Shown here piece after piece: positions 8,169 through 17,485 of a stretch of DNA of 50,702 bases. Position numbers and translations under genes: made by a program. The stretch is from Aeromonadales bacterium (GTDB lineage Bacteria > Pseudomonadota > Gammaproteobacteria > Enterobacterales > GCA-002770795), in NCBI GenBank assembly GCA_011322365.1, contig DRNA01000172.1:1-50702 (forward strand), given 5' to 3'. The notes under the pieces were generated by a model. That model was not told the origin of the DNA, ran no database searches, and saw only the letters and a list, made by a program, of their open reading frames with translations. The stretch's first letter is position 1. Every line of letters begins with the position of its first letter.

Positions 8169-9807
8169 AGAAAAACACATTCCTCAAGCAAAAGTGAAAC
8201 CATTAACTTCAATTTCAAAAATCTGGTTAATTCCAATTGTTGCACTTTTTATTGGTGCATGGATGATATTTTTTCATCTTTATAGTAAAGGACCATTAAT
8301 AACCATAAGTTTTAATACAGCTGAAGGTGTTGAAATTGGTAAAACGAAAATAAAAATAAAAAATGTGGATGTGGGTGTTGTAGAGGACATTGAACTCAGT
8401 GAAAAACTTGACCGGGTGATTGTCACGGCGAGGATTCACAAACAGGACAGTAAATTTTTGACCACCGGTAGTGATTTCTGGGTGGTAAAGCCGAGAGTGG
8501 GTAAGGGTGGCATTTCAGGATTAAGCACGATTCTTTCGGGTGCCTATATAGAATTTGCACCGGGCCTTACCGATGAGAAAGCAGATAGTTTTGAAGGTCT
8601 GGACAGTGCACCGGTAACACCATCTGGAACCAAAGGACTGCATGTGACATTAGAAAGTGGTGCTTTTCGATCGCTGGATGTGGGTGATCAGGTATTATTT
8701 CACGGCGTTGAAGTCGGGCGCATAGAATATGTTTATTTTAATACAGAAGAACGTCGTGTGTATTATGATGCCTTTATCGAAAGTCCCCATGATGAACTTA
8801 TTACCACTAACACCAAATTCTGGGAACTCAATGGTTTTGAAATTGAATTGTCTGCCAATGGGATTGAAGTACAAACCGGCACATTGGAAACCATGATTTC
8901 CGGAGGTGTTACCTTTGATGTGCCTAATAAAATGCCTAGGGGAGAACGTGTTACCAGGCGAAAAGTATTTACCGTTTACCCGAGTAAAAATTCCATTAAT
9001 GATAATCAATATCGGTATTCGCTACAGTTTATTTTACTTTTTGATGATTCGATCCGGGGTTTAAAGCCGGGGGCACCGGTTGAATACCGTGGCATTAAGA
9101 TCGGCAACGTTACCCGTACTGATATTGACTATAAACAGATCAGTAATATTCTTGATAAAAATACCTTCATACCTGTGATGATTTCTCTGGAGCCAGGGCG
9201 TATGGGTTTTGACGATTCAGAGCAGATACTTCCCAAAGTAAAAGAAGAAATAAAAAACCTGATTAAAAAAGGCTTAAGAGGTGCTTTAGGGACAGGAAAT
9301 CTGCTCACAGGAAGCAAATATATTGAGTTACAATACGAGCAAGGGGTGACTCATGATATTGAGGAATTTGATACACTCACTGTTATCCCAACTTTAGAAG
9401 GTCAGTTTAGTCAGATCCTGAAAAAAGTCAGTAATATTATGGATAAACTGTATAAGTTGCCGCTGGAGCCAATGATAATCAGTGCAGACGACACATTAAA
9501 ACAGCTGAGTAAAACCCTGACCGATTTTTCAACAGCCTCTAAACAATTAGAAATTTTGTTAAAGCAATCAACTGATACAGAACTTGTTAATACACTGCAA
9601 GAGACCCTGGACAATTTTTCCAGATTAGCGAGGGATTTTTCATCCGGGTCGAAAACAAATGAAGAGCTACAAAGCACCTTACGCTTTATGCGAAAAAATT
9701 TACAGGAACTGGAACCCTTATTGAGGCAACTCAATCAGAAACCGAACAGTCTTATTTTTTCTAATCAGAAAAATGAAGATATCGTACCTGAAGGACAAAA
9801 CCAATGA
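8161..9807 (+). CDS. pqiB: Intermembrane transport protein PqiB (multi-MCE domain)
   Basis: N-terminal TM segment (IWLIPIVALFIGAWMIFF), repeated MCE-like blocks and a C-terminal coiled-coil region. The ATG at 8161 overlaps the pqiA stop by 8 nt. Confidence 0.88.
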   Translation: MSEEKHIPQAKVKPLTSISKIWLIPIVALFIGAWMIFFHLYSKGPLITISFNTAEGVEIGKTKIKIKNVDVGVVEDIELSEKLDRVIVTARIHKQDSKFLTTGSDFWVVKPRVGKGGISGLSTILSGAYIEFAPGLTDEKADSFEGLDSAPVTPSGTKGLHVTLESGAFRSLDVGDQVLFHGVEVGRIEYVYFNTEERRVYYDAFIESPHDELITTNTKFWELNGFEIELSANGIEVQTGTLETMISGGVTFDVPNKMPRGERVTRRKVFTVYPSKNSINDNQYRYSLQFILLFDDSIRGLKPGAPVEYRGIKIGNVTRTDIDYKQISNILDKNTFIPVMISLEPGRMGFDDSEQILPKVKEEIKNLIKKGLRGALGTGNLLTGSKYIELQYEQGVTHDIEEFDTLTVIPTLEGQFSQILKKVSNIMDKLYKLPLEPMIISADDTLKQLSKTLTDFSTASKQLEILLKQSTDTELVNTLQETLDNFSRLARDFSSGSKTNEELQSTLRFMRKNLQELEPLLRQLNQKPNSLIFSNQKNEDIVPEGQNQ

Positions 9808-10400
9808 AAAAAATAATACTTATACTTTCAGTTTTCTTTTTATTCAGCTGTACTTCATCTACTGAAAGAGTTCGCTATTATAGTTTGACTCTTGATAGTA
9901 AAATTCAGGCTCCGGTTAAAGATACTGTAAAACAAAAACAACTGGTTCTTATAGATCCCATTCGCTTAGCAAGATTTTTAAGGCAACCAGGGCTGGTGTT
10001 GCAAAGAGGTAATAATGAATTAATTACTGCTAACTATCACCGTTGGGCTGAACCACTGGATGAATTAATTAGTAAACTTTTACTAATTAATTTAAACAAT
10101 AAAAGTGAGAGGTTTTATTTCGAATCTTCAGATGGTTTTATTCGTGAGTCTGGCGCACCCCGATTAAAATTATATTTTGATAAGTTTCATGCCACCGATC
10201 ATGCGACGGTAGTTATTAGTGGGCGCTATGGATTAGTAGAGCCGGAAGCGAAAACACTTCAACTTACTGAATTTTCAATAGAAGAGATACAGACACATGA
10301 CGGTTATCTGGATACCGTTGAAAAGTTGAAGAAGACACTGGATAAACTGGCAGATGAAATATTATTGACACTCAACAATATGAACCTTGATAGGCTTTAA
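9804..10400 (+). CDS. pqiC: PqiC/YmbA-type auxiliary lipoprotein
   Basis: Lipobox FLFSC after a signal peptide. ATGA overlap with the pqiB stop. Motifs ANYHRWAEPL and the gene size fit the ABC-type transport auxiliary lipoprotein family. Confidence 0.8.
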   Translation: MKKIILILSVFFLFSCTSSTERVRYYSLTLDSKIQAPVKDTVKQKQLVLIDPIRLARFLRQPGLVLQRGNNELITANYHRWAEPLDELISKLLLINLNNKSERFYFESSDGFIRESGAPRLKLYFDKFHATDHATVVISGRYGLVEPEAKTLQLTEFSIEEIQTHDGYLDTVEKLKKTLDKLADEILLTLNNMNLDRL

Positions 10401-10432
10401 ATGAATAAAATAAAGATATTTCAGGTGGGATA

Positions 10433-10570
10433 GATTCATTATTCATAAGTAGCTAATTAAGAAAAATATAACTGAAAAATGGATGTCATCCCGACCTTGT
10501 GGAGGGATCTAAAAGCTTCAAAGCACATCTTCAAGTAGAGCGGGTATATAATTGCTCATGAATAAATCGC
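10433..10570. mobile_element. Shortened copy of the nested-palindrome MITE family
   Basis: The left end attcataagtagctaattaagaaaaatataactgaaaaatggatgtcatcccgacc matches the 14104 and 20467 copies. The right end is ...catgaataaatcgc. The central part is deleted. Confidence 0.6.
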
Positions 10571-10756
10571 TTGAGCAAAGCTGCAGAAATAAATAATTTA
10601 TTACAATATAAAATCTTATTCTTCACAAAAACACCTTAACCAGAGATGTTATTTGCACTCAATTCAGTTAACATCAATGATTCTCTGTTTTTATGCCAGG
10701 CAGCACGAGTATAAATTAATAGCCATAAGCCAATTGTTCACCCAGGAGATAAGTCT

Positions 10757-13700
10757 ATGAAAGGGTTCAAAATCAGCAGCAGAATGATAAAAATTACAGC
10801 ATTGGCGATGATCGGATGGTTAAATTTCGGTGCGGTAACAGCCTCAACTAAATTATTATCACAACCCGATATTTCCGATAATCAGATTACTTTTGTTTAT
10901 GCGGGTGATATCTGGATCGCACAAAAAGATGGCAGCTTACCCAGACGCCTGACTTCAATGGCAGCTGATGAACAAAATCCTTATTTTTCACCTGATGGTA
11001 AATGGATTGCTTTTTCAGCTAATTATAATAATAACTTTGATGTTTATCTGATACCGACTTCAGGTGGTCAGGCCAGAAGACTGACCTGGTATCCAGCTGC
11101 TGACTGGGTTAATGGCTGGAGCCCTGATGGAAAGTTTATTTTATTTACCAGCCGTAGAGAAATGCGGCAGGGCCGTAGTGCACAGGCCTGGCAGGTGGCT
11201 GCAAAGGGTGGATTTCCAGGCAGGATTATGGATGCGATTGTACAACAGGCAAGTTGGTCAGCGGATGGCAAAACTTTGGCCTATCAGCCGTATATCACCG
11301 CTCATCGTGGTCCAAGTGGCTGGCGTAACCATCGGGGTGGATCAACGCCGCCGATCTGGATTTTATCCCCTGGTGCTAATAATTATATTGAAATTCCTCA
11401 TGTACGAGCCAGTGATACCAATCCCATGTGGGTAGGAGGCGATGTCTTTTTTATCTCTGATCGCGATCGGGCTAAAAATATCTATCAGTATCAATTAAAA
11501 GATAAAAAACTGATACAGAAAACTCAGCATAAAAACTGGGATATTCAATCAGCTAATACCGATGGTAAAACGATTATCTTTAGCAGTGGCGGCGAGCTTC
11601 ATCTTTTAAATCCAGAAAATAATAAAGTCACGGATATCAGTATTGATATCCACCCGGATCTGCCCGAACTTAGAACACAATGGAAAGATGCCATGCCGGC
11701 AATGGAAAAGGTGGTGTTTTCACCCACAGGTAAACGCGCTCTAATTAGTGCCAGGGGTGAAATCTTTACCGTACCGCTGAAAGAGGGTTCGGTAAGGAAC
11801 CTGACAAAAACCGATGGTATACGAGAACGGGATGGGCTCTGGTCACCCAAAGGCGATAAGATTGCTTATAGTTCTGATAAAGATGGTGTACAAAAACTTA
11901 TTATTCGCGATCAATATGGCGATAAAATTATCCACCGTTATGCTCTGGGAAAACCAGCAGATTATCAATTACTGTTATGGGCTGGTAAGGGCAATAAAAT
12001 CATTTATGCCGATAATCATTTGCACCTCTGGTCCATCAATATAAATTCAGGTAAGCGCAGATTAATTGATACCAATAACAGACGATCGCCCTTTAATATT
12101 TCACTTTCTAAAGATGGCCGTTGGTTAGCCTACAATAAAAGTGGCGCTAATTTTTTAAGTAATATTAATTTATATGATTTTAAATCAGCAACACAAACAG
12201 TTTTAACCGATGGTATGAGTCTTGCTGATAATCCGGTTTTTAGCCCGGATGGGAAATACCTGTATTTTACCGCATCCACCAATGCTGGTACTACTGCGGT
12301 CGGTCTGGATATGAGCACTCAGGAGCGTCCGGTTAGAATGGGGATCTATGCGTTTGTTCTGGCAAAAGATGGTAAGTCGCCATTGATACCAACTTCAGAT
12401 GAAGAAGAAATAAAAAATAAAGATAAAAAGACTGATAAGGATAAAACGGATGATAAAAACGAAAAGGACAATGTGGTAAAAGTGGATTTGGCCGGCATTC
12501 AAAATAGGATGGTCGCTTTACCTGTTGATCAGAAGGCGTATTCTGCATTGAATGTCACAGCGGATGGTAACTTATTGTATATCAATACTGATCAACCCGG
12601 TGACAGTGTCAAAGCTAACGGAAATCCGGAGAATGATAGTCGATTAGTCTACTTTGACATGGAAGATCAAAAGGTTGCCACTATAGTTGAACATGTTCGT
12701 CAGTTTAAATTAAGTGAAGATGGTAAACATTTACTCGCCATAACCAATGAAGGGAAAATAATTAGCGCGGAAATTAAAGAGAAAATAAAAGCGCCTTTAA
12801 AAACCGAACCATTAAATACCGCTGATGTTAAGCTGGAAATTAATCCACGCCATGAATGGTCGCAAATTTTTAATGAAGTCTGGCGAACAGAGCGGGATTA
12901 TTTTTATGCGAAAAATATGCATGGTCTGGACTGGAAAGCGCTGGGTACAAAATACCGTAACCTGTTACCCTGGGTTGCTAGACGAGCAGATCTTAATCGG
13001 TTAATGGTGGATATGATTTCAGAAATGGAAGTGGGTCATAATCGAGTTTTTGGTGGTGACCTTCCAAAAGAAAAACCTGTTCCTGTGGGGCTTCTGGGTG
13101 CGGACATACGCTTAAAAAATAATACCTATGTGGTTGAAAAAATATATACCGGTGAAAACTGGAACCCGGCATTAAAAGCACCTCTGGCGGCACCGGGACT
13201 TGGCATTAAGGTGGGTGATAGTATTGTTGCTGTTAATGGAACCGCCGTTGATGGAAGTCGGAATCTGTTTTCTCTGTTTGAAAATACAGTCGGCAAGCAG
13301 GTCACATTGACAGTAAAAGCAAAAAACAGGCAACTAAAATCAAAGCATAAAATTAAAAATAAAACCCACAAAGTCATTATTGAACCTATCGCCAATGAAA
13401 GGGGTTTACGCTTCTGGTCGTGGATTGAAGAGAATCGTAAAGCCGTAGATAAAGCCACTAAAGGGAAGGTCGGTTATGTTTATTTACCGGATACGGCAGC
13501 GGGAGGTTTTACTTTATTTAATCGCATGTTTTTTGCCCAAACCGATAAGAAAGCCATGATTATTGATGAGCGTCGTAATAGTGGTGGACAGGCAGCTAAT
13601 TATATCACCGACATTCTAACACGAAAATATCTTGCCAGCTGGAAAGATCGTGATGGTATGCTGTTTGATACACCAGGTGGCGCGGTATATGGTCCCAAAG

Positions 13701-14074
13701 TGATGTTAATTGATCAGGATGCAGGTTCTGGAGGTGATTTTTTACCTTACAGTTTCAAGCGTCTGAAAATTGGGAAACTTATTGGTAAAACGACCTGGGG
13801 AGGATTGATAGGTATTGCCGCAAATCGTCAAACCATTGATGGTGGCATGGTGCTGGTTCCCTTTTTTAGATTCTTTACACCAGAGGGGGAATGGCATGTT
13901 GAAAATGAAGGTGTATCGCCAGATCTGGATGTGGTGTTAAATCCGGTGTTGGTGAATAAAGGCCGTGATACGCAACTGGAAGCTGCCATAAAAGAAGTTT
14001 TATCTGAATTGAAAACCTACAAGCCCATAAAACGGGAAAAAGCACCAGGGTTGCCAACTAAAGTTGGTCAGTAA
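10757..14074 (+). CDS. Tricorn-type protease homologue (beta-propellers + PDZ + S41 peptidase domain)
   Basis: Signal peptide, then many TolB-like blades (FSPDGKWIAF, WSPDGKFILF, WSADGKTLAY, WSPKGDKIAY, FSPDGKYLYF). A PDZ-like segment (GIKVGDSIVAVNG) is followed by an S41-type C-terminus (DERRNSGG, GSGGD). AGGAG lies 8 nt upstream of the ATG. Confidence 0.85.
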   Translation: MKGFKISSRMIKITALAMIGWLNFGAVTASTKLLSQPDISDNQITFVYAGDIWIAQKDGSLPRRLTSMAADEQNPYFSPDGKWIAFSANYNNNFDVYLIPTSGGQARRLTWYPAADWVNGWSPDGKFILFTSRREMRQGRSAQAWQVAAKGGFPGRIMDAIVQQASWSADGKTLAYQPYITAHRGPSGWRNHRGGSTPPIWILSPGANNYIEIPHVRASDTNPMWVGGDVFFISDRDRAKNIYQYQLKDKKLIQKTQHKNWDIQSANTDGKTIIFSSGGELHLLNPENNKVTDISIDIHPDLPELRTQWKDAMPAMEKVVFSPTGKRALISARGEIFTVPLKEGSVRNLTKTDGIRERDGLWSPKGDKIAYSSDKDGVQKLIIRDQYGDKIIHRYALGKPADYQLLLWAGKGNKIIYADNHLHLWSININSGKRRLIDTNNRRSPFNISLSKDGRWLAYNKSGANFLSNINLYDFKSATQTVLTDGMSLADNPVFSPDGKYLYFTASTNAGTTAVGLDMSTQERPVRMGIYAFVLAKDGKSPLIPTSDEEEIKNKDKKTDKDKTDDKNEKDNVVKVDLAGIQNRMVALPVDQKAYSALNVTADGNLLYINTDQPGDSVKANGNPENDSRLVYFDMEDQKVATIVEHVRQFKLSEDGKHLLAITNEGKIISAEIKEKIKAPLKTEPLNTADVKLEINPRHEWSQIFNEVWRTERDYFYAKNMHGLDWKALGTKYRNLLPWVARRADLNRLMVDMISEMEVGHNRVFGGDLPKEKPVPVGLLGADIRLKNNTYVVEKIYTGENWNPALKAPLAAPGLGIKVGDSIVAVNGTAVDGSRNLFSLFENTVGKQVTLTVKAKNRQLKSKHKIKNKTHKVIIEPIANERGLRFWSWIEENRKAVDKATKGKVGYVYLPDTAAGGFTLFNRMFFAQTDKKAMIIDERRNSGGQAANYITDILTRKYLASWKDRDGMLFDTPGGAVYGPKVMLIDQDAGSGGDFLPYSFKRLKIGKLIGKTTWGGLIGIAANRQTIDGGMVLVPFFRFFTPEGEWHVENEGVSPDLDVVLNPVLVNKGRDTQLEAAIKEVLSELKTYKPIKREKAPGLPTKVGQ

Positions 14075-14103
14075 TATTCAGAAAAAAAAGCTAATCCATC
14101 TGC

Positions 14104-14300
14104 ATAAGTAAGTCATAAGTAGGTACTTAAGAAAAATATAACTGAAAAAGGGGCGTCATTACGAGAGCTTGCCCCATGACCTTAGGGAGTGCTTTGGGTG
14201 CTGTAGTGGAGGAATCTTTCAGTGGCAGTAGTATGAGCAGAGCAAGATCTCTCCACTACGGTCGAGATGACAGGCTATTTTTTCTTAGAGATGCCATATA
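14104..14300. mobile_element. MITE copy (nested palindrome with an extra 33-bp module in the left arm)
   Basis: Runs from cataagtaggtacttaagaaaaatataactgaaaaaggggcgtcatt to ccactacggtcgagatgac, followed by a degenerate right end. The module cttgccccatgaccttagggagtgctttgggtg lies at 14168-14200. Confidence 0.7.
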
Positions 14301-14343
14301 GTAATTTACTGTTTTACCAAAAAAAATAACATTCGGAAAAGTC

Positions 14344-14949
14344 ATGTTTTTTATTAAAACTATAAATGCAGAAAATGCTGAGGGTAAATTAAAACAGATT
14401 TACCAGAGAGTAGCGGGGCCGGATGGAAAAATTGATCATATTTTGATCTCACACAGTTTACGCCCTCATACTCTTGAAGGACATATGCGCCTGTATAAAA
14501 ATGTTTTGCATCATAGTGCAAATACATTGGAAAAATCACAACTGGAAGCCCTGGGCGTTTATGTGAGCATGCTCAATCAATGCAGTTATTGCGTAGAACA
14601 CCATTTCCAGGGCTACAAAAAATTAATCAATGATGATGAACGTGCCGAGGCGGTACGTCAGGCAATGAAACAACAGACGTTATCAGATGTTTTTACCGAG
14701 CGAGAATTAACACTATTTCATTATGCAAAAAAACTGACCTTAAAACCTGCAAGTATTGTTGAGGAGGATATCAAAGAAATGCGTCAGGGTGGTTTTGATG
14801 ATGGCGAAATACTTGAAGTGAATCAGGTGGTGGCCTATTTTAATTATGCAAATAGAACCGTGCTGGGTTTAGGCGTAACATTAGAAAAAAGTGGTATTGG
14901 TTTGTCACCGAATGATAATGATGATGAGGAAAACTGGGGGCATAAATAA
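14344..14949 (+). CDS. AhpD/carboxymuconolactone-decarboxylase-like protein (peroxidase-related enzyme type)
   Basis: Shows the CMD-family pattern LEALGVYVSMLNQCSYCVEHH, and the size is typical of the family. Confidence 0.7.
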   Translation: MFFIKTINAENAEGKLKQIYQRVAGPDGKIDHILISHSLRPHTLEGHMRLYKNVLHHSANTLEKSQLEALGVYVSMLNQCSYCVEHHFQGYKKLINDDERAEAVRQAMKQQTLSDVFTERELTLFHYAKKLTLKPASIVEEDIKEMRQGGFDDGEILEVNQVVAYFNYANRTVLGLGVTLEKSGIGLSPNDNDDEENWGHK

Positions 14950-14961
14950 TGGAATTTAAAA

Positions 14962-16113
14962 ATGCCAGAAAATAATATTAACCAGACGGATGACATCTCT
15001 GAAAAAGACTATCTATTGGAGGTTTTGCTGCACTGTAAAGATCTGGAACAGACCCTGTCTTTTTATACCGACCAATTACATTTTAACATAGAGATGATCT
15101 TTCCCGCAGATGAACCTGGAGTGGCTTTGCTGTCAGGTTTTAATCAGCGTTTCCGCTTACAGAAAGACGGCCTTAAAGATCATAGTACTTTTCAGGTAAG
15201 GGGCGATTTTCCTGAAGAAAAAACTATCATCGCTCCCAACGGTTCGGAGTTTCACTTTATTCGGGCAGACGAGGAAATTGTTCTACCCGAACTTAAGCCC
15301 TCTCTGGTTATTACCCATCTTGATAAAAATTCTCAGTGGCATAATGGACGGGCGGGAATGCGTTATCGAGATTTAATTCCCGACAGGCAGGGTGGACGTT
15401 TTATTGCCTCGCATATTCATATCCCTGATGTGGGTCCGGTGGCAGATTATGTGCACTTTCACAATATCCGATTTCAGATGATTTTTTGTTATAAAGGTTG
15501 GGTAAAAGTGGTTTATGAGGATCAGGGAGAGCCTTTTATTCTGTATGCGGGTGATTGCGTATTGCAACCCCCTCAAATACGTCATCGTGTACTTGAAAGT
15601 TCAGAAAATCTTGAAGTTATTGAAATTGGATCTCCCGCAGAGCATCTGACTTTTGCTGACAGAAATATGACCTTGCCTAATGAGAGCATTAACCGGGAAA
15701 GAGAATTTAAAGGACAGAAATTTGTTCGCCATGAAGCTGAAAAAGCCTGCTGGATCCCCTGGCGAGAGGCGGGTTTTGAAATGCGCGACCTGGGTATTGC
15801 TGATGCAACCAGAGGATTAGCCGGTGCTTATGTGATTCGTGCTTTAGAAAAAAAGGGACTGGTAAATAATTCACTCTCGGGCAGAACTACTGATTGTATT
15901 ATTCACAAAGAAGAATTTCTGTTTTTGTTTATTCTCTCAGGTCAATTACAGGTTTTTATAGAAAGTCAGGGTGAAATACGATTAAACGCTGGAGATAGTT
16001 GTGTTATTCCCCAAAAGTTACCACACCGCATCATCGAATCTTCCGATGATGTTGAAATATTAGAAGTCAGATTGTCAGCAGATTTTAATCAGGTAAAAAC
16101 TATAAATTGTTAA
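14962..16113 (+). CDS. VOC (glyoxalase-like) N-domain fused to a bicupin
   Basis: The N-terminal VOC-like fold is LLEVLLHCKDLEQTLSFYTDQLHF. Two cupin-like cores follow (HIHIP...VHFH...GDCVLQPPQIRHRV and ...GDSCVIPQKLPHRI). The family assignment is only approximate. Confidence 0.55.
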   Translation: MPENNINQTDDISEKDYLLEVLLHCKDLEQTLSFYTDQLHFNIEMIFPADEPGVALLSGFNQRFRLQKDGLKDHSTFQVRGDFPEEKTIIAPNGSEFHFIRADEEIVLPELKPSLVITHLDKNSQWHNGRAGMRYRDLIPDRQGGRFIASHIHIPDVGPVADYVHFHNIRFQMIFCYKGWVKVVYEDQGEPFILYAGDCVLQPPQIRHRVLESSENLEVIEIGSPAEHLTFADRNMTLPNESINREREFKGQKFVRHEAEKACWIPWREAGFEMRDLGIADATRGLAGAYVIRALEKKGLVNNSLSGRTTDCIIHKEEFLFLFILSGQLQVFIESQGEIRLNAGDSCVIPQKLPHRIIESSDDVEILEVRLSADFNQVKTINC

Positions 16114-16127
16114 AATAGGGAGTTCGC

Positions 16128-17456
16128 GTGTCCAAACGCCCATTATTTACTAATCGATTGACCACCATCATTACCATGATTGGGGTCTCGGTGGGTTTGG
16201 GTAATGTCTGGCGTTTTCCTTATATGATGGGAGAATATGGCGGTTCAGCTTTTCTGTTTATTTACCTCATTTTCACTTTATTATTTGCCGTGCCCGCAGT
16301 GATGGTGGAGTGGGGATTAGGTCGCTCCACCCGAAGTGCGCCGGTAGGCGCTTTTACTAAAATGTGGGGGAACAGGGCCGGAACTATCATTGGCTTTATG
16401 TTGCTGTTTACGGTGTTGATAGCCGAATCTTATTATCTTTATGTGATCGCTAATATTACTTATGCTACCGGGTTTAGTTTGCTACAGGGTTTTAGTGCTG
16501 AGAATATTCCACTCTTCAAACGCAACCTGAGTGATCCCCTCATCCAGTATGGCATTATCCTGGTGTTGTTGCTGTTTTCTTATGTAGTTTTACACAAGGG
16601 ATTAAAAAAAGGTATTGAGTCTATCAGCAAAATTTTTGTACCATTTTTTGCGGTAGTGATGATTTTTTTAATTGTGTTTGCGTTAAATATGGAACATGCC
16701 GGAAAGTATCTTTGGGCATTTCTTTCAGCTGATTTTTCTGAGTTGAAACCCATCCATATTTTTGCTGCATTGGGTCAGGCATTTTTCTCTTTAGGATTAG
16801 GGGGCACTTTTTTACTGGTATTTGGAAGCTATATGCGTAAAGAAGAGGATCTGGTTAAATCTTCTTTTTTTATGGCCATAGGAGATATCAGTGCCGCATT
16901 ACTCGCGGGATTATTTATTGTACCCACGGTGTTGGCGCTGGGATTGGATATGAGTGCAGGGCCGGGGTTATTGTTTAATACCCTCCCCGAACTTTTTCAG
17001 CGATTACCTTTTGGACGTATTGCCGGATCTTTTTTTCTGTTGGCATTATTCATGGTGACCTTTATATCCAGTATTGCTGCTTTGCAGGTGTTGCTCAGCG
17101 GTTTGACCGAAGTATTTGGGAGCAAAATGAGTCGCAAAAGATTAATAATCAGTATTTTACTGGTAGTGGCAGTTATTATTTTACCCATTACTCTCCATCC
17201 TGATGTGATTGGATTACTTGATCTGGTGTTTGGATCGGGGATGCAGATATTGGGTAGTTTATTGGCGCTTCTGGCATTTAGCTGGGGACAGAGTAAGAAA
17301 GATGCCATAAAAGCCATTTTTGCTGGCACTAAAAATATAACACCCGATTCAACAATAAAACCCTGGCAACTGTATTTTTATTACTGGGTAAAATGGTGCG
17401 TTCCGCTGGTTTTGATAGTGGTGTTGGCCGGATATATTATTTCAAAACTGGGTTAA
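16128..17456 (+). CDS. Sodium-dependent transporter, NSS/SNF family
   Basis: NSS signature GLGNVWRFPY near the N-terminus and about 11-12 hydrophobic segments. GTG start with GGGAG upstream. Confidence 0.88.
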   Translation: MSKRPLFTNRLTTIITMIGVSVGLGNVWRFPYMMGEYGGSAFLFIYLIFTLLFAVPAVMVEWGLGRSTRSAPVGAFTKMWGNRAGTIIGFMLLFTVLIAESYYLYVIANITYATGFSLLQGFSAENIPLFKRNLSDPLIQYGIILVLLLFSYVVLHKGLKKGIESISKIFVPFFAVVMIFLIVFALNMEHAGKYLWAFLSADFSELKPIHIFAALGQAFFSLGLGGTFLLVFGSYMRKEEDLVKSSFFMAIGDISAALLAGLFIVPTVLALGLDMSAGPGLLFNTLPELFQRLPFGRIAGSFFLLALFMVTFISSIAALQVLLSGLTEVFGSKMSRKRLIISILLVVAVIILPITLHPDVIGLLDLVFGSGMQILGSLLALLAFSWGQSKKDAIKAIFAGTKNITPDSTIKPWQLYFYYWVKWCVPLVLIVVLAGYIISKLG

Positions 17457-17485
17457 TAACATAGCATTAAAGAGAGGTAAACAAC

